Source: Curvularia clavata (taxonomy: Eukaryota). Taken from it: a stretch of 64,000 bases of DNA. The notes under the pieces are model-generated. The model had not been told where the DNA came from. It ran no database searches and saw only the letters and a list, made by a program, of their open reading frames with translations. This document shows, in pieces, positions 24,371 to 38,425 of this stretch. Position 1 is the stretch's first letter. Every line of letters begins with the position of its first letter. Both the position numbers and the translations under genes were made by a program. Location of the stretch: NCBI GenBank assembly GCA_023920165.1, contig CP089276.1, positions 1,922,001 to 1,986,000 of the forward strand. The letters are read 5' to 3'.

Positions 24371-26065
24371 TTACCCATCAGCCGCCTCGACATCTTGCAT
24401 CTTGACCTTTGCAGCAGCCTTGACGAGCTGCTTGAGACGCTTCTCCATGACGCTGCGACCCTCGAGTGTCTGCCAGACTTGGTGTGGCGCCTTGTTAACC
24501 ACATCCCAGCTGACGAGATTGTCAGTGAGGTGAGTTAGGTCTTTTTGCTTACGTTCCCACTCGCTGTCCCTCTTGACCTCGATTCCACTTGAGACAACGA
24601 CAAGCGGCGTGTTTGAGCTTTGGATATTTCGTGCAGCAGAGACTTCATTCTTGGTAAGACTGTCAGCGACGAGGTTCTCTTGAAGCTGGGCCTTGATGAA
24701 TTTGCCGGATTGGTAGGCGTTGCGGCCGTAGACACGGTCTTCGCGCGTTCGTCCCTTGAAAAGTGCACCTGCTAAGCGCACGGTACCAAGAGGTGAGATG
24801 ATACCCCAGGCCCAGAGCAAGAAACCACGTCCAGGGTTGGCGATACGGTGGAGAAGGTCCTCGTGAAGAGGATCGACCATCATGATACCAGTGACCTGCT
24901 TCAGGTGGCGCGAGCTGAAAATACGTGAGACAATGCTGCCAGTACCAGCTGAGACCAGAATCCATGGGCCTTCTTCACCAGACTTGGCAAGCGCCTCGGA
25001 AAGGGCATCTGCGGACATGCCGGCCGAGTGCGGAGAGGGAGCGTTGTCAGAGAAAGAATATCCGGGGCGGTCCCAGTAACAGTAGCGAGAGATGGTGCCG
25101 TTCTTGTAGGCTGCGTAGGCCCAGTGCTCAAAGTCATACTCCAGTGGCTCCTCTCCGGCCTCGAGAATGATAGTGGGGTCCTTTGAACCATTTGTCTCAG
25201 TTACATTGCCAATGCAAGCCAAATGAACTGCGTATTTGTCACCGTCCACTAGGATGCGGTCACCATACATCTTCAGTGTTGCATCGCGGCCACGTAGACC
25301 TAGGGTGGCAGTCATCAGGATTACAATGACTATGAAGATAGCGGTAAGTATAGTTGCAATCAAAACAGCGACCCATTCCCTCAGAGTGCGGCGGGTCTCT
25401 GCACGGCCAGTCAGACGCTCCTCTTCTTCCCGCTTGCCGTATGCAACAACGCGATCGGTCAAGATGCACCAGACAGCCATCAAGAAAGCCCAGATGACGC
25501 TTGCAATGCCAACCCAGCCTTCTTCGAGCCTTATACGTGGAATCGACAGGATGAGAATCATGTCAATGGCTAGGAGACCTGCGATAACGGCGGTTTCAAT
25601 GCGTAGACCTTTGGCCGGCGTAACGAAGAAAATGGTGGTTACGAGGAGGTTGCCGATGGTAAGACATGTGTAGGCAAAGTCGAAGAAGCCTGATCCGCGG
25701 GTGTGCAGGCCGGGAGGAGAGACGAAGATGGACACCAGCAGGAGGACCCACCACAGGAAGCTGATGATCAGGAACAGGATGGTGAGATAGCGCATGGCCC
25801 GTACGGTCCAAAGATTATAAGGAGACACCTTTAGCCATTAGTACGACTCATATTGTAGCGATAGAGCTCGACTCACAGCCGGGTCGTCTGGGTCAAGGTA
25901 GCCATCTGAATTAGGTGGCGGCCTAGGGCGATCGAGAAGCCTCGTTCTCTCGTTTGGTTCCTCATGTCTCATTGAGGACCTAGAGGGCGCATCGTCGTTA
26001 GAAATCGGATAAGGCTCCTGGGCTGCCAGGCCATTGTTGCCATCATCTTTGGCACCTTTCCACAT
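24371..26065 (-). CDS. Integral membrane protein with C-terminal alpha/beta-hydrolase-fold domain (yeast YNL115C-like)
   Basis: EPNERTRLL, YLDPDDPA|VSPYNLW across an intron (~25877-25829), several TM segments, then YCYWDRPGY..SDNAPSPHSAG. Confidence 0.75.
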
Positions 26066-26732
26066 GCTGGGCAGGGGAACTTCTTGTAGGGACAAAAGTC
26101 CGCGTCGTGTAGTCGTAACAGAGAGGTGCAATCAGGGCAAAAAGGAGAGTGGAGTCCGTGTGGATCCAAAAGGGTACAGGATAGACGAGCGCTTTGTAGA
26201 GCTCGCAGATATGCTCAATGCTTCCTGGGGGCGCGGAGGTTTTACTGAAGCTCGTCGCGCTAAGAGTGACGGGATCGACATACGTCATCATGCCATGCAT
26301 CCAGACGCGCGAACACCCTAGTCGCAAATCATCCAGATCCCCGCCGCCACGCCTACATACGAGATCGGAATACACGTCAACCAAGTCCACGGGACTGGCA
26401 GCTCCCGCCCAGCCTCATATTATCTCTCACCGCCATACCCAAATCACCTCTCCATCGACTTTCTGGTACAGGGTGCACGATGGGGTTGGATGTCCTGGTC
26501 AACAACTCGCTTAGGCATAGAGCTACCATCCCTGTCGGCGATTAGATAGGACACCCCACTGTGTTCAGTCCCCCTCACGCATTGCCCTTCCACCGATCCA
26601 GGCATATAACTCATCGGAAAGCTGCATAACGTGCGCCCTTCTCTCAACTAGTGGGGCCAATCAACTCACCGCGGACCTCCACGGCCCCCCAAATCCTGCT
26701 TTTGGACACTGTACAGCCTCGTTCAAGCCGCC

Positions 26733-27916
26733 ATGTCCAGCCTGGCCAGAGAGTTTGCCAAAACCAAGCTCTCTTCCTTGCCGCCACCCGAGCCACTGCA
26801 GGAAGAGCCGCCCGAGTACGAAGATGACTCGTCGTCTGCCTCGTCCATGTCTAGCACCGGCACTGTCATCCCGTCAAACACGCTGAGACCCGCCCCCGCA
26901 ATACACTGGTCCGACTACTATGCCCAGGAGTTCTACCTGGAGCAGGATCGCAATGGCTCAGGCCATGCAAAGTTCCACGTCTATCTCACGCCCCCGGCAT
27001 CACCAAAGGCTCCGCTGATAGTGCTGCATCATGGTGCAGGAAGTTCCGCAATGACTTTTGCGCTTGCGTCCAAGGAGATTAGGAAGGCCATGCCAGACAT
27101 CGGTATACTCGCTGTCGAGGCACGCGACCATGGCAGTGTAGTCTGGGATGCTAGCGGAGAAGTGGATACAGACTTAAGCATTGCCCAACTTAGTCAGGAT
27201 CTAGTCGACATGATATCGCTCACGCAAGCCAAGATGGGTTGGGAAGAGCTGCCTACAATTATCCTCATTGGACACAGCTTGGGCGGTGCTGTCGTTACCG
27301 AGACTGCAAACAGCGGATCACTGGGCAGCAAACTGATGGGATTCGGCGTCCTCGACGTGGTCGAAGGCTCGGCCATGGAGACGCTGGGACATATGCATAC
27401 ATACTTGGCCAGTAGACCAAAGTCGTTCCCTTCACTTCCTGCTGCTATTGAATGGCACATTCGTTCACGCACATTGCGCAACCCACAATCAGCAAGAGCT
27501 AGTGTACCGAGTCTGTTGCTGCAAAATGCAGACGGACGATGGGCATGGCGAACAGAACTCTCGAGTACAGAGCCGTATTGGGAAAACTGGTTCACTGGAA
27601 TGAGTGGCAAATTTCTCCGCGGCAAAGGAGCCAAGCTGTTGTTACTTGCTGGAACGGACAGGCTGGATAAGGAGCTAATGATAGGACAGATGCAGGGTTT
27701 GTCTCCCTATGATTATTCTGCTGCTCAAATCGTATCTAACACAATGCAGGCAAATTCCAACTCCAAGTTTTTCCAGCCGCTGGCCATTTTCTCCATGAAG
27801 ATCTTCCTGAGAAGACCGCCGAAGTTGTCGTAGAGTTTGTAAAGCGTAACGACAGGAGTACGCTTGTCCTTCCACCCAAAGTTTCTGATCTGCTTGCGCA
27901 AGGCAAGCGGGTTTAG
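26733..27916 (+). CDS. PPE1: Protein phosphatase methylesterase 1; 2 exons (26733-27696, 27750-27916)
   Basis: LHHGAGSS, GHSLGG, LDVVEGSA and AGTDRLDKELMIGQMQ|GKFQLQVFPAAGHFLHED. Confidence 0.92.
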
Positions 27917-28117
27917 AGGTGCTGTTGTCAGTATGTAGCGGCTTTCCTTTACAAGATGCGCTCATCCAAGTCGACATCGTCAAGCCCGCTGGCTGCAGGT
28001 GACCTGGGTATGCCTTACTCCACCTCAACCATTTCTCAATCTTTTTTTAACTGTTTCTAGTATCCAAATCTCGCAGTCCTGCCTCGAATTTAGGACCGCC
28101 CCAATATCCAAGTCCAC

Positions 28118-29083
28118 TCATGGCGAAGCAGGCCTATCACCATTCTTATCATCACCCTTATCGCCGCCCTGTGCATCATCACCGCCTTCAGCCTTGGGCT
28201 TGTGCTTTCTCCTCCTTTTGCGGGGTGCAGAATCTTCGCGCTCACCCCGCTGACTGTCTCCGCTAGCAGCATTTGTTGTAGATGGCCGTGGTTTCTTAGT
28301 AGAATTAGACTGTGTAGCTGTCTTCTCCTTCTTGGGCTTCTTGACGCTCAGTGGATTAGGGCCTTTCGGGCCCTTTCGCTTCTTTGCCTTGGGTTTTGTC
28401 TCTCCTGTAGACTGATCGTCCATAGAGCGACCACCCTCTCCGTCTTGACCATCGTCTTCTCGTTTCCTCTTCAATGGAGTATCTGGCTTGCGCTGTCCTT
28501 TGAGTCCCAACTTGAACTTTGATTTTTCCTCTCGCTCGCGGTGCTGCTCGGTAATATCAGCCATGGATTCCATGAGTACCACCGACTTGGCCAAATATAT
28601 AATGGGAACACCAGCAATCGTTCGCATTTTTGCGCGCGTGTCTGGGTCGTTGGCCGCAACTACGTATCGGTGTTTGTTTGTCGCATTGTCCTTGGGATCA
28701 ACCACAGAACTCAGACAATCGTGTGTGCTAAGCGGTTCATCAAGGTCCTGGTGATTGCATCGGCGGCGCTCGTATTCCTTCGCTTGTAATATGAGGGTCT
28801 CGTTCTTGGGCTTCGCATTGTAGAGGTGTCGCATGTCGCAAGTCGTGATCATAGGCTTCACTTGCCCCCCGAGCATCTTTTGTATGCGCGCGATAAGGTC
28901 GATCTTGAAATTGTATGCATCTTGCAGGATCTGAGAGTCGAGCAGGACTTGGTACGGTTCGCGGAATCCAAAGTTGATTTCGTATTGGTGGAGCTGTTTC
29001 TTGTACGCCTATGTCGCTGTCAGTGACAAGCCTGAATGTAACCGACAATGATTCGAATCTACCTTTGCGCGCTTCAACTTCAT
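28118..29083 (-). CDS. UTP23: rRNA-processing PIN-domain protein Utp23; 2 exons (29083-29063, 29008-28118)
   Basis: MKLKRAK|AYKK..FGFREPYQVLLD, ERRRCNH, NKHRYVVA and KGPKGPNPLSVKKPK. Confidence 0.92.
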
Positions 29084-29388
29084 GGCGACGATGTGTATGG
29101 GGGTGTTGGATGATTGCGGGCAAGAAATTTAGAACGGCGGCCAAAAGTTCAGAATGCGCGGAATTTAGGCCGTGCATGGACCACGCTACTGATTCGCATC
29201 CGGTACCCTGCGGCAGGTGCGACACCCCCGTCACTCCGCATTCGTGAATCTGCCCTGAGGGGACCAAGACCAGTCGCGCATACTTTGGTCTTTGCTCTCA
29301 CTCCTTACGCAAAGATACGACACGCGTTCCGCAATTGACACCATATCGTTTGGTCTCTCCATGCTTTTCTTACGGTAGTCCCACCAGA

Positions 29389-32300
29389 ATGAGCGAGAAC
29401 CCCGCCGAGACCCCCAAGAATGAGGGAAATAGTACAGCGACCACGGAAGCCAAGAAAGGCGCCAACGAAGGAGTCGAGTATGATGATTTCGGTCTACCGA
29501 TAAGGAAAAGGCGACCACGAACTCCAGTCGAGGATAGCTCAGACTCGGACTCGGAGAAGTTTGAGGATGCCGTAGCTTCCAAAGAGGACAGCACAGAGCA
29601 AGCCAACGCACCCGAGGCCAAGGAAGATACACTAGATGGAAAGGATGAAATGGCTAAGGGTTCGAAGGCGGTGCTAGAGAACACTGAGGCGGAGAGCAAT
29701 GCGCAAACCAAAGCCAACACGCCGGCGGCAGAGCCAGTGGTGACAGCCAAACAGGAGCGACCCGGAGAACAGTCTGGAGAGCAATCTGGAGATCAGTCTC
29801 GGGAGCAGCCTGAGACGAAACCTACAGAAACCAAGCAGCATGTCCCAGAAAACATACAGTCCCCCTCAACTTCCGAGCCCTCGAAACGCGTCAGCATGGC
29901 TGATTCACACCGCCACGAAGCGAACGTCGCATCTATATCCGAGTACTCGCACCAACACCTTGTTTCACAAGCACAACAGGAGGACAAGAAGAAGGATATG
30001 GACGACGACGATGATGAAGGCTGGCAGACTATGCCCTCATATGCTCATTATGACATGTACGATGACGATAACAGGCTTATCGCGAAAGAGAACGCGGAGG
30101 CGCTGGAAGATATGCACGGCTATGGGAATGTCGGAGGAGCTGCTAAGGGTTATACTAGAGTTATCATGGACGATGACGCTGATTCGCAAACGAGCATGGA
30201 CGATAACACTGCATATCTCTTCAAAGAACGAAGTACTGCCTTGGCAGACGAAGACGAAGAAGGGCGAGATCCACTCTCGCAGATGCAAGCCACCAAGAAC
30301 CTTCTTACTGAGGGACAGCGTGTCGCCTACGTCGGACTGGTACGACTAGCCACCAAGGAAATGGAAAAGAAGTTCTCCGAGTTCAAGTCAACCAACAGAA
30401 AGCTCAAGAAACAGCTGGAGCTACAGTCGGCGACAACCAAGATGTGGTCGCAAAAAACTATGGTCAAGCTGTATGGGCATATGGACATCAATGCGTCTGA
30501 GCAGATCATGATTGAGCAGTTGTCAGAGCACGGCGTTGTGCCCGCTGATCTCACGCCAGCACTAATGCAGAATGCGCGAGTTAAAAACCCGGTAGCAGAA
30601 GACACAGAATCGGTCAAGGGAGCACACTCTACCAAACCATCCATATCATCGCCTCGTCCTGAAACGCCAGCGGAAACGTCCAAATCGAAACAATTTTCAT
30701 CACCAGACTCGGAAGGGCATACTTACTCACCACCTCCTCCACCCTATGACGAACATCAAGATGACGGGTATGATTACCCAGAAGCCAGATCACCGTCCCA
30801 GCTCCCAACAAGCAAAAACCTTGATATCGATCTCCGATGGACTGTCTTGTGCGATCTGTTCCTGGTTCTTATTTCGGATTCTGTTTATGATTCGCGCTCG
30901 AGGGAGCTATTTGAGCAAGTTGGTCGGTACCTTGGCGTGGACTGGCTGGAGACTTGCCGATTTGAGAAGCGTGTTACAGATGCACTGGAGATGCAGGAAC
31001 AGGCTGACAAGGAGAACTGGAATGAAGATGAGCATATGATCAATCGTGCAAAACGGGCACGTAACAAGCGGCTGGCGTTCATGGGTCTTGCGACTGTTGG
31101 TGGCGGACTTGTGATTGGCTTGTCCGCAGGCCTTCTTGCTCCTGTTATTGGCTTTGGGCTCGCAGCAGGTTTTAGTACCATTGGTGTGGCTGGCACTGGC
31201 ACTTTTCTGGCGGGTGCTGGAGGTGCTGCCATCATCACGTCGACTGGTGTTGTCACTGGCAGTACCATTGGTGTCCGAGCGATGAACAGGCGTACGGGTG
31301 CAGTGAAGACATTCGAGTATCGGCCTCTGCACAACAACAAAAGGACTCATCTCATCATTACGTTGGCAGGCTGGATGAATGGCAAAGTGGATGACGTCCG
31401 ATTGCCATACAGTACTGTGGATCCTATCATGGGCGACATTTACTCTGTTCTTTGGGAGCCTGAAATGCTGAGAAGTATGGGTGACACCATCAACATTCTT
31501 GCTACTGAAGTGAGTGTGATCAGCTGATCAGCAGGGTACGTATACTGACAGTGTCCAGGCTCTTACACAAGGATTGCAGCAAGTCTTAGGAAGCACCATT
31601 CTCACAGCACTCATGTCTGCTATGACGCTACCACTTGCTCTTACAAAGTTGTCATACTTGATTGATAACCCATGGATCGTTTCGCAAGCTCGAGCCGATA
31701 TGGCTGGACTTATTTTGGCAGACTCACTAATCGATCGAAACTTGGGAACAAGACCTGTCACTCTCGTCGGCTTCTCATTGGGCTCAAGAGTCATTTTCTC
31801 ATGCCTGAAGGAGCTTGCGGAACGTGGTGCGTTTGGTATCGTTCAGAACGTGTACATGTTTGGCACACCAGCAGTGGCCAAGTATGACGACTACGTCAAG
31901 GCCCGGTCTATTGTGCCTGGAAGGTTTGTCAATGGGTATGCTACCAATGATTGGATCCTAGGTATGTTGCCTGTTTTGTGTTTGCCGTCCTTGGTATTGA
32001 CATGTCTAGGTTACCTCTTCCGCGCAACCAGCGGTGGTGTTATGCGCGTCGCAGGTCTTGCCCCTGTGCAAGTCCCCACGATTGAGAACATCAATGTGAC
32101 TGAGCTCGTGCCTGGTCATATGGCTTACCGTGCCGCAATGCCCAAGCTGCTTCGTGAAGTCGGGTGGCTTGTTGAATCGGATGAATTTGCTGAAATCGAG
32201 GATCCGGATCCGGACAACCACGAGCTGCGGCAACGTGAACTCATCAACGAGATTGAAGAAGCGCGAAGAGAGCTGGAGAAGAAGGCGCAGGAGAAAAGAG

Positions 32301-33058
32301 GCAGCAAACTCAGTTGGTGGAAGAAGAAGAAAGCCGCAAAGAACGATTGGGAAGTCTATGACGAGAACTCGAATGTCGCGCCTCCAGGCCACAAGAAGCT
32401 GGACCAGGACCAGGACCCAGCGAAATTGGCCGAAAATCAAATCATGTTCGACATTGATGCGATACGAAAAGAAGTCGCGGGTCTAGCTGCCGAAAGCAAA
32501 GAATACAACGCGGAGTCGGAATTCAAGATCAAAGAGATCAAATCCACCCTTCCGCCCATGAAGATCGATATTGCTACTGTTCCTCCATCAGAAACAGGCA
32601 ATAAGCCCTACGCCAAGCTCCGGGAGACGAAGAGCTACAACGACAGTCTGGGCACATCGAGCAGCACGGCGAAGCCCGCTTCCAATGGAACGCACACGGC
32701 CAGCGGATGGGAAGAATACGACGAATTCGAGCACGAGCAAGAGCACATGGAAATGACTTTTGATACTTCCTTCCGCGACCCGTCACCCCCTCGTTCTAGT
32801 ACTCCCAATTCCACCAACAAGTCCCCACTCCCGCTATCACCCCTTCCAGCACAGCCCTCTCGCGCAGACGCCTCATCGCCATGGGACGACGACCCCCTGT
32901 CTTCCTCACACGGCGCGAGGCCAGCACTCCGCTCAGTCAAGACAGACAGCCACGCTACGTCGTTAGAGCCGCCACCTGACCTGGGACATAACGCGTGGGC
33001 AGACGAGTTTGAAGATGATTTTGGTCAGGAAAAAGAAGTCAAGATGAGCTTTATGTGA
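29389..33058 (+). CDS. DUF726 / TMCO4-like membrane protein (yeast Mil1-like); introns ~31510-31558 and ~31962-32009
   Basis: DLRWTVLCDLFLVLI..YDSRSR, MGLATVGGGLVIGLSAGLLAP and RPVTLVGFSLG.RVIF. Confidence 0.85.
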
Positions 33059-33912
33059 TGCTTGGATAGTGGTTTCACCACGTCATGTGGCTGACCGGGT
33101 TGTTTGTTCTTCTTACACCTCCCTTTTTCTTCTTTTTCTTTTTTTTCAGCCTTGTTTCCCCTTGTTGTGTATGTGCGTGTAAGTGCTTTTTGGCATAGGA
33201 TTTTCAGCGCGCATTTGTGTTTATGAGAGGGGTTCGGCTCGCTTGCGCCTTTGTTGGAGACTTTACAGGCGTTTGTTGCTTTTTGCTTGCTTGGTTATAG
33301 TCAGTACAAGGGGGGCGTTTTGGTTAGTGTTCTTTTTTTTTCGGGGCATACTTGATGTTTATGCTGCATTGTTTGCTGGAGGGGAAAGAACTGGGTATTG
33401 GTGCTTTTGTTGGAGAGAATGTTGTTCAGCATGTATTGGGGTGGGGGGTTTGAGCTTGTTGCGGCGAAGGCCCTGAAGGGTATGGCGGGGAGAAGAAGGA
33501 AGGAAACAGATAAATAAACATATAACTTTACTAGTCAGATGATCTATGTAATACAAATCCTACAACGTTAAATTCTTTTTGTAACTTTCACGTGCTTTTG
33601 TGCGGAAACACACTTGTACTGTGGACTTTGTCGACAGAAGTGGATGCTTGGAGATTTGACTTTCAAACTCGCCTTGGGTGATTGCATTTGAGAGTAAGAA
33701 TTAGCCGCGAGTCGCTACTTTCCTCTCAGCCCTTAGGTCCAAACGACTCCAGCGTATCTTGATGGGTTCAAAATCGTCTTTTGTATCATATACATAGTTT
33801 TATACAACTTGGACTCTGCTCATTAGCAGGCCAGGTTAACTCAAACAAGCCCAAGTGACCTCTTACTTTGCCACTCTTACACTCTCTATCTAGACCCTTC
33901 AATTCTAACCCC

Positions 33913-34689
33913 TTAGCCCATTGCCTTCAAGAAATTTGCTTCCTTAATCGCCGCTCTCCGCTTATTTCGCATCGCCTTCGTCAACTCATCTCTTGCCTCC
34001 GCAGCCTGCACCGCACCCTCAAGCGTACCATCACCGGCGGGTAAATCAATCGTCTGCTCATACAGCGGCACTTTGGGTATCATCATCTCTGGGTTCATGG
34101 CTTGTTCCTTGCGGAGGCGCTTGGCGGCTAGACGACGCTGTTTCTTGGATTTGGCTGGGCAGAATTAGAAAATCGGGCTCAAGGGCGCCAATGGAAAGGG
34201 AGCAAGGAAATGCAACGTACAGAATAAATCTCCCACCCCCTTCTCGGCCTTCTTCTCCTGTCGGTCAAGAATCGTCCATAGCCATGCGGGATACTCTTCG
34301 TCCGGCGCGGCAATGGGATCCTGTCTGTCTTTCAGGAAATTGAGGCCCTTGAGCGGTTGGCCCGCTGGTACGCTGCTCTTGACTAGCGGCGCGACTTTCT
34401 TCTTTGCCGCCTCTGCTGCCGTTGCTTTGAGATCGGGGCTCGCGGCGGGCGTCAGTGGCTCGCTGAAGGGTTGCGCGGCAGACGTGGATGTGGCGGTAGG
34501 CGGGGTATGTGAGGAGGATGAGTCGCCTTGACGCGCGGCGGATTGCGTGGCTGTAGAGCTGGAAATGGGTGTCGCATTGTGGAGGGGAGATGTGGTGGTG
34601 AGGAAGCGTGGACTCTGTGAGCGCAGAGAGAATGATGGTATTTGCTGGGCGCTACGGGAGGCAGCCCGGAGGCACGATCGGCATATCAT
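33913..34689 (-). CDS. MRPL37: Mitochondrial large ribosomal subunit protein mL54 (yeast MrpL37); intron 34220-34155
   Basis: Presequence MICRSCLR; SSVPAGQPLKGLNFLK..DPIA.PDEEYPAWLW; C-terminal RRAAIKEANFL. Confidence 0.85.
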
Positions 34690-35631
34690 CTTTTTTGGAG
34701 GGTGTTCCTGAGCAGGAGAGGGTGTTTTGTGAGGGCTGGATTGCTGGCTGTCCCCTCCTCAATTGACGATAGGTCAAAAGTTTGAGACGACAAGGGAAGG
34801 CTGCCGAGGGTTTCGCCGACGCCGGTTGGCGGCGTTAGGCGGTGCGGTCTCCCGCCCACCACCACACCCGCCCGCACTACACCTAGAGGAGCCATGTCAT
34901 CCTCCTCCACAGCCAGCCGCCGGGCCTTGCTTCTTAACAGATCGTTTTAAGATGCACATGCACACGCGATCGGCCGGACAGCTCTGGATAGGCAGGTCTC
35001 AGATACGGTCTAGCACCTTCCTATCTCGAAATTCTCCGCCTGCCTTATGCGTTCCTCAGATAGCTGGACTGGTGAGACAGGGCATACGCAAGCATGATCT
35101 ACACGGCTAGGATCAAAGCCGAGAGAATGGCAAACTGCCGAAGCACCAATGTAACATCACATCATGTGAAGAACGGGCTATGAAATGCTACTGGCATAGG
35201 AATGTGTTTCTTTCATTCTGGAATATGTAGGTCTGAGACACAGATGCAGTGTAGCCACCGCATCCAACATAGCCCAGAACAAGTGACTGCGCCTATGGCG
35301 AGCCACGGCCCTGGTGACATCGTACAGAGAGCAAAACGTGAGAGATCGTTAAAGACAGTGCGGGATCGGTGCCCAAAACCTGAGGCTGAGATTCCGGATA
35401 CCTAATGCGTTCCTTCCAACCAGACCAGCAGGCGAAATCCAAAAAAATATAACACAGGGGAAACTAATATTAAACAAATGAGTGGGTGGGGGGAGGCGTG
35501 GTGGGAATCCGCTAATATGTACAGAGGAAAAGGGAGAGCATGAGACGTTGTCTAAGGTATCGAGCAACAAACAACAGAGACCATCCGAGAAACGCGGGGT
35601 AAAGAAACTAGAGAGAGAGGCCAAGACGTGG

Positions 35632-36462
35632 TTAGATCCAAGCCATGGCGGGGGGTTGGTGAGGCACGCCGAAACGTCTGCTGAACAAAGGCTGGATGTC
35701 TGCCAGGTAGTCAGCAGCACAAAAGGCGGCCAGGTTCTTGGATCGCATGGCGGAAAGGTCGGCCTCGGCCTCGGCATCTCGAATCACGCCACCAAACTCC
35801 TCAACCACTTCATTCAGCTGCTCGAGCTCGCGACCAAAGGGATGGTTCTCTTCCTGGATTGTGGCTGTAAACATGTCGAGTGATGATCGCTGTTCTCGCG
35901 AGCTTCGTGAGCCCACGCTTCCGAGCGAGCCGGTACTGACGTGCTGAAGAGATCGCTTGTGAGCCAGTCGCTCGTGCGCGCGCTTGCTGTGCGAGAGGGC
36001 CCTCTGCGGGATAGCCGGGACAGGCTCGCTGACTTCTTCCTTGACCCTCTTCAGACTGGTCGTCGAGGCCGACTTCTTCAGAGGTTTGACGTGGGGCGAT
36101 GGGAGGCCCGCGAGGTGGTGCGGTACTGGGGAAATAGGCGAGAGATCGACAGAAGAAGCATCCGTCAGGGTAGTGTCCCTGGATCCGTGCGAAGAGGCCC
36201 GAGAGCGAGTTGATACACTGTGGTCTGAGTCGTCTGCTGAGGATTGAGCTAGGGAAGCCATGGAAGAGGCACTCTTGAGGTTGGCAATGTCTGGTGCGTT
36301 GTACGAAAGCATGTTTGTAGTCGATACCAGAGCAACGGGCAGAGAGATTTTGGTGCGGTCGATGGAGCCATTCTTGACACTGTGGCTGCGGGTTGGCGAA
36401 ACAGACTCCTTCGGCTCGTCAGTCCGCTTCATGCGCTTCGTCATGGCGCGAGCGAGAGACAT
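35632..36462 (-). CDS. Ser-rich hypothetical protein
   Basis: 276-aa single-exon ORF with ordered-looking blocks IDRTKISLPVALVSTTNMLSYNAPDI and HPFGRELEQLNEVVEEFG. Confidence 0.75.
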   Translation of the reverse strand: MSLARAMTKRMKRTDEPKESVSPTRSHSVKNGSIDRTKISLPVALVSTTNMLSYNAPDIANLKSASSMASLAQSSADDSDHSVSTRSRASSHGSRDTTLTDASSVDLSPISPVPHHLAGLPSPHVKPLKKSASTTSLKRVKEEVSEPVPAIPQRALSHSKRAHERLAHKRSLQHVSTGSLGSVGSRSSREQRSSLDMFTATIQEENHPFGRELEQLNEVVEEFGGVIRDAEAEADLSAMRSKNLAAFCAADYLADIQPLFSRRFGVPHQPPAMAWI

Positions 36463-38425
36463 ATTGAAGGATTAATTCGAGAGAAGTGGGCGATATTGCA
36501 AGATAAGCGTCTAGCAGTCGGGCGCAGGGCAGGCAATTCTGGCAGCGACGGTCGTTGGCCGCTATCTGGCTGAGGTGCAGCTAAGCGGGGTACTGCCGTA
36601 GATAAATTGCGCTTGTTGCTGGCACGAGGTCCAAACAGCTGCTAGTTAGTGCTCCGCTAATGCAACTGTCGCAGTCTTCTGGAATGAGGGCAAACAGCGA
36701 TTTGCGGTCGACAGTGACGGTGGAGTTGGCCTTGTGGTACAGAGGTCACAAGGTGCGATGGTTCGACGGTCCGGTGCACTTGGATCCAGCAAACCCGACG
36801 AGAGCGTTTGATATGGTTGTTGTTGCTAGTGAATCAAGAAGGTTTTCTGGCTTTTCTCCGTGTTTCTTATTTTTTGGTGATTTTGTTGTTCAAGTTGCTG
36901 GTCTCGCAGCAGGCAGTGAAGATAGGGATAAATGGGGTGGCAAAGGGGGGAGAGTGAAGGATCGTCTGTCAAAGAGCGTTGAGAATGGTTGTGAAGTAAA
37001 AGGAGCGAACACCGGGCTGCGCAAGGAAGGGGTTGCTGGTCTGCGAGGCAACGCGCGCTTGAGGCAAAGAGAGGGAAGAAGGCAGTGAAGAGGAGAGCGC
37101 GTGATTCAGCGACCAGCGGCCTTCTTGAAAAACCCAGAGGCGCGGCCTGTCTCCCAGAGATTGACTGGGCCCGCCCAGGAACAGCCAACCGCTGGCGACG
37201 CGACCCTGCGCTAGTGCGTGATGGCCGCTGCATTGGGCCTAGTGCGTTCGGCGTTTCTCCCAGCACGCCAATCAGAGGGCCTTCGTCGTGTCTCAGGTTA
37301 AGGTGGCTTCATTGGTCTGTTTGCTTGTTCTGTCCGGTTGGTACTACCAAAGTATGGCTTGTTTCAATGCAGCCCAGGAACAGCGTCACCCACTCCACTT
37401 TCGGCGTCATGGTCCTCAACCAGAATTAGAATGGCATTGACTCTGCTGAAATGAACGCCCAAACCCCTCGCTTCGTCCTGCGCCCGCGGCCCATCCCCCC
37501 GTCTACCCGCGAATCACAGCCGTCCACCTCATCCGCAGCCGTCCCGTCTATACATGCGCAATTTGCCCGCCTCCCATGTGGCCATTCATGGCATTCTAAA
37601 CTCTATCGGCCCCCGTGCAAACGCGCAACAGGCGAGTTGGCTGCTGACACGACTCTGTCTGTCCTTGTACGCGCCTGCACGAACAAAACTCTACACACAT
37701 AGCCGCTAAACCCCAATCGCCCTGCCCCCCCTCTCTTACAAACTACTTCGACAAGCCCGCCGCCACTGCTACCATTCCTGTGCCTTACGCGGCGTCCGAG
37801 TTTCAACCTCAGCGAGGGCCGACCGTGACAAGATTTGGACCATGTGTATCCACTAGCATGTACCTGGTCATGACGATCTCGCCAGACCGAGACCTCTCTC
37901 CTCACTCGGATCCACTGGGGGGCTCACCCATGTGTGCCCAGCCGGTCTGGAAGTGCATGTGTTAGCTGCAAGCTGCGAACGTTGATCTGCCGTTCGTTGG
38001 CGCTATCCTCCAAATAGCGCCGCCATGTTGGTTGGCCTCGCCGTCTTCTCCTAGCGCCATGAATGCGAAAACGACTTAGGCTGCGTGTCCGACTTTTCCT
38101 ACTGACGCCGATAGTAACAGTTCATGGAACCATCCAAAGGCTGAACGAGTCAGGTGAGATGAAAGGAGCCGGAAAGCCTAGGGCGGGGAGATCGGGGATT
38201 CGGTGACTTGATGAAACATGCACGGATCCGCAAACTGTCGCGTCTACTTGCATCTGCAGAAACAGCATCAAACATCCTACAACATGTAAGATGCTCAGAG
38301 TAAGCTTCACATTGTGCCTCGTCACGCCAGGTCCAAAGGTATCTGTACACAGGCAAACCAACATCACACCATCCTGAGGCCCTCGACCCTGTGTCTAGCT
38401 TCTCTCCGCCTAGGGTATCTTGGTC

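Noticed and set aside
29761..29810. 12-bp tandem repeat (PGEQ SGEQ SGDQ SREQ)
   Set aside because: Ordinary low-complexity coding repeat in the disordered N-terminus of the DUF726 protein.
36470..38400. Many short ORFs in a ~2-kb intergenic region
   Set aside because: No coding signature; consistent with a long 5' UTR/promoter of the 276-aa gene and the PWP1 3' region.
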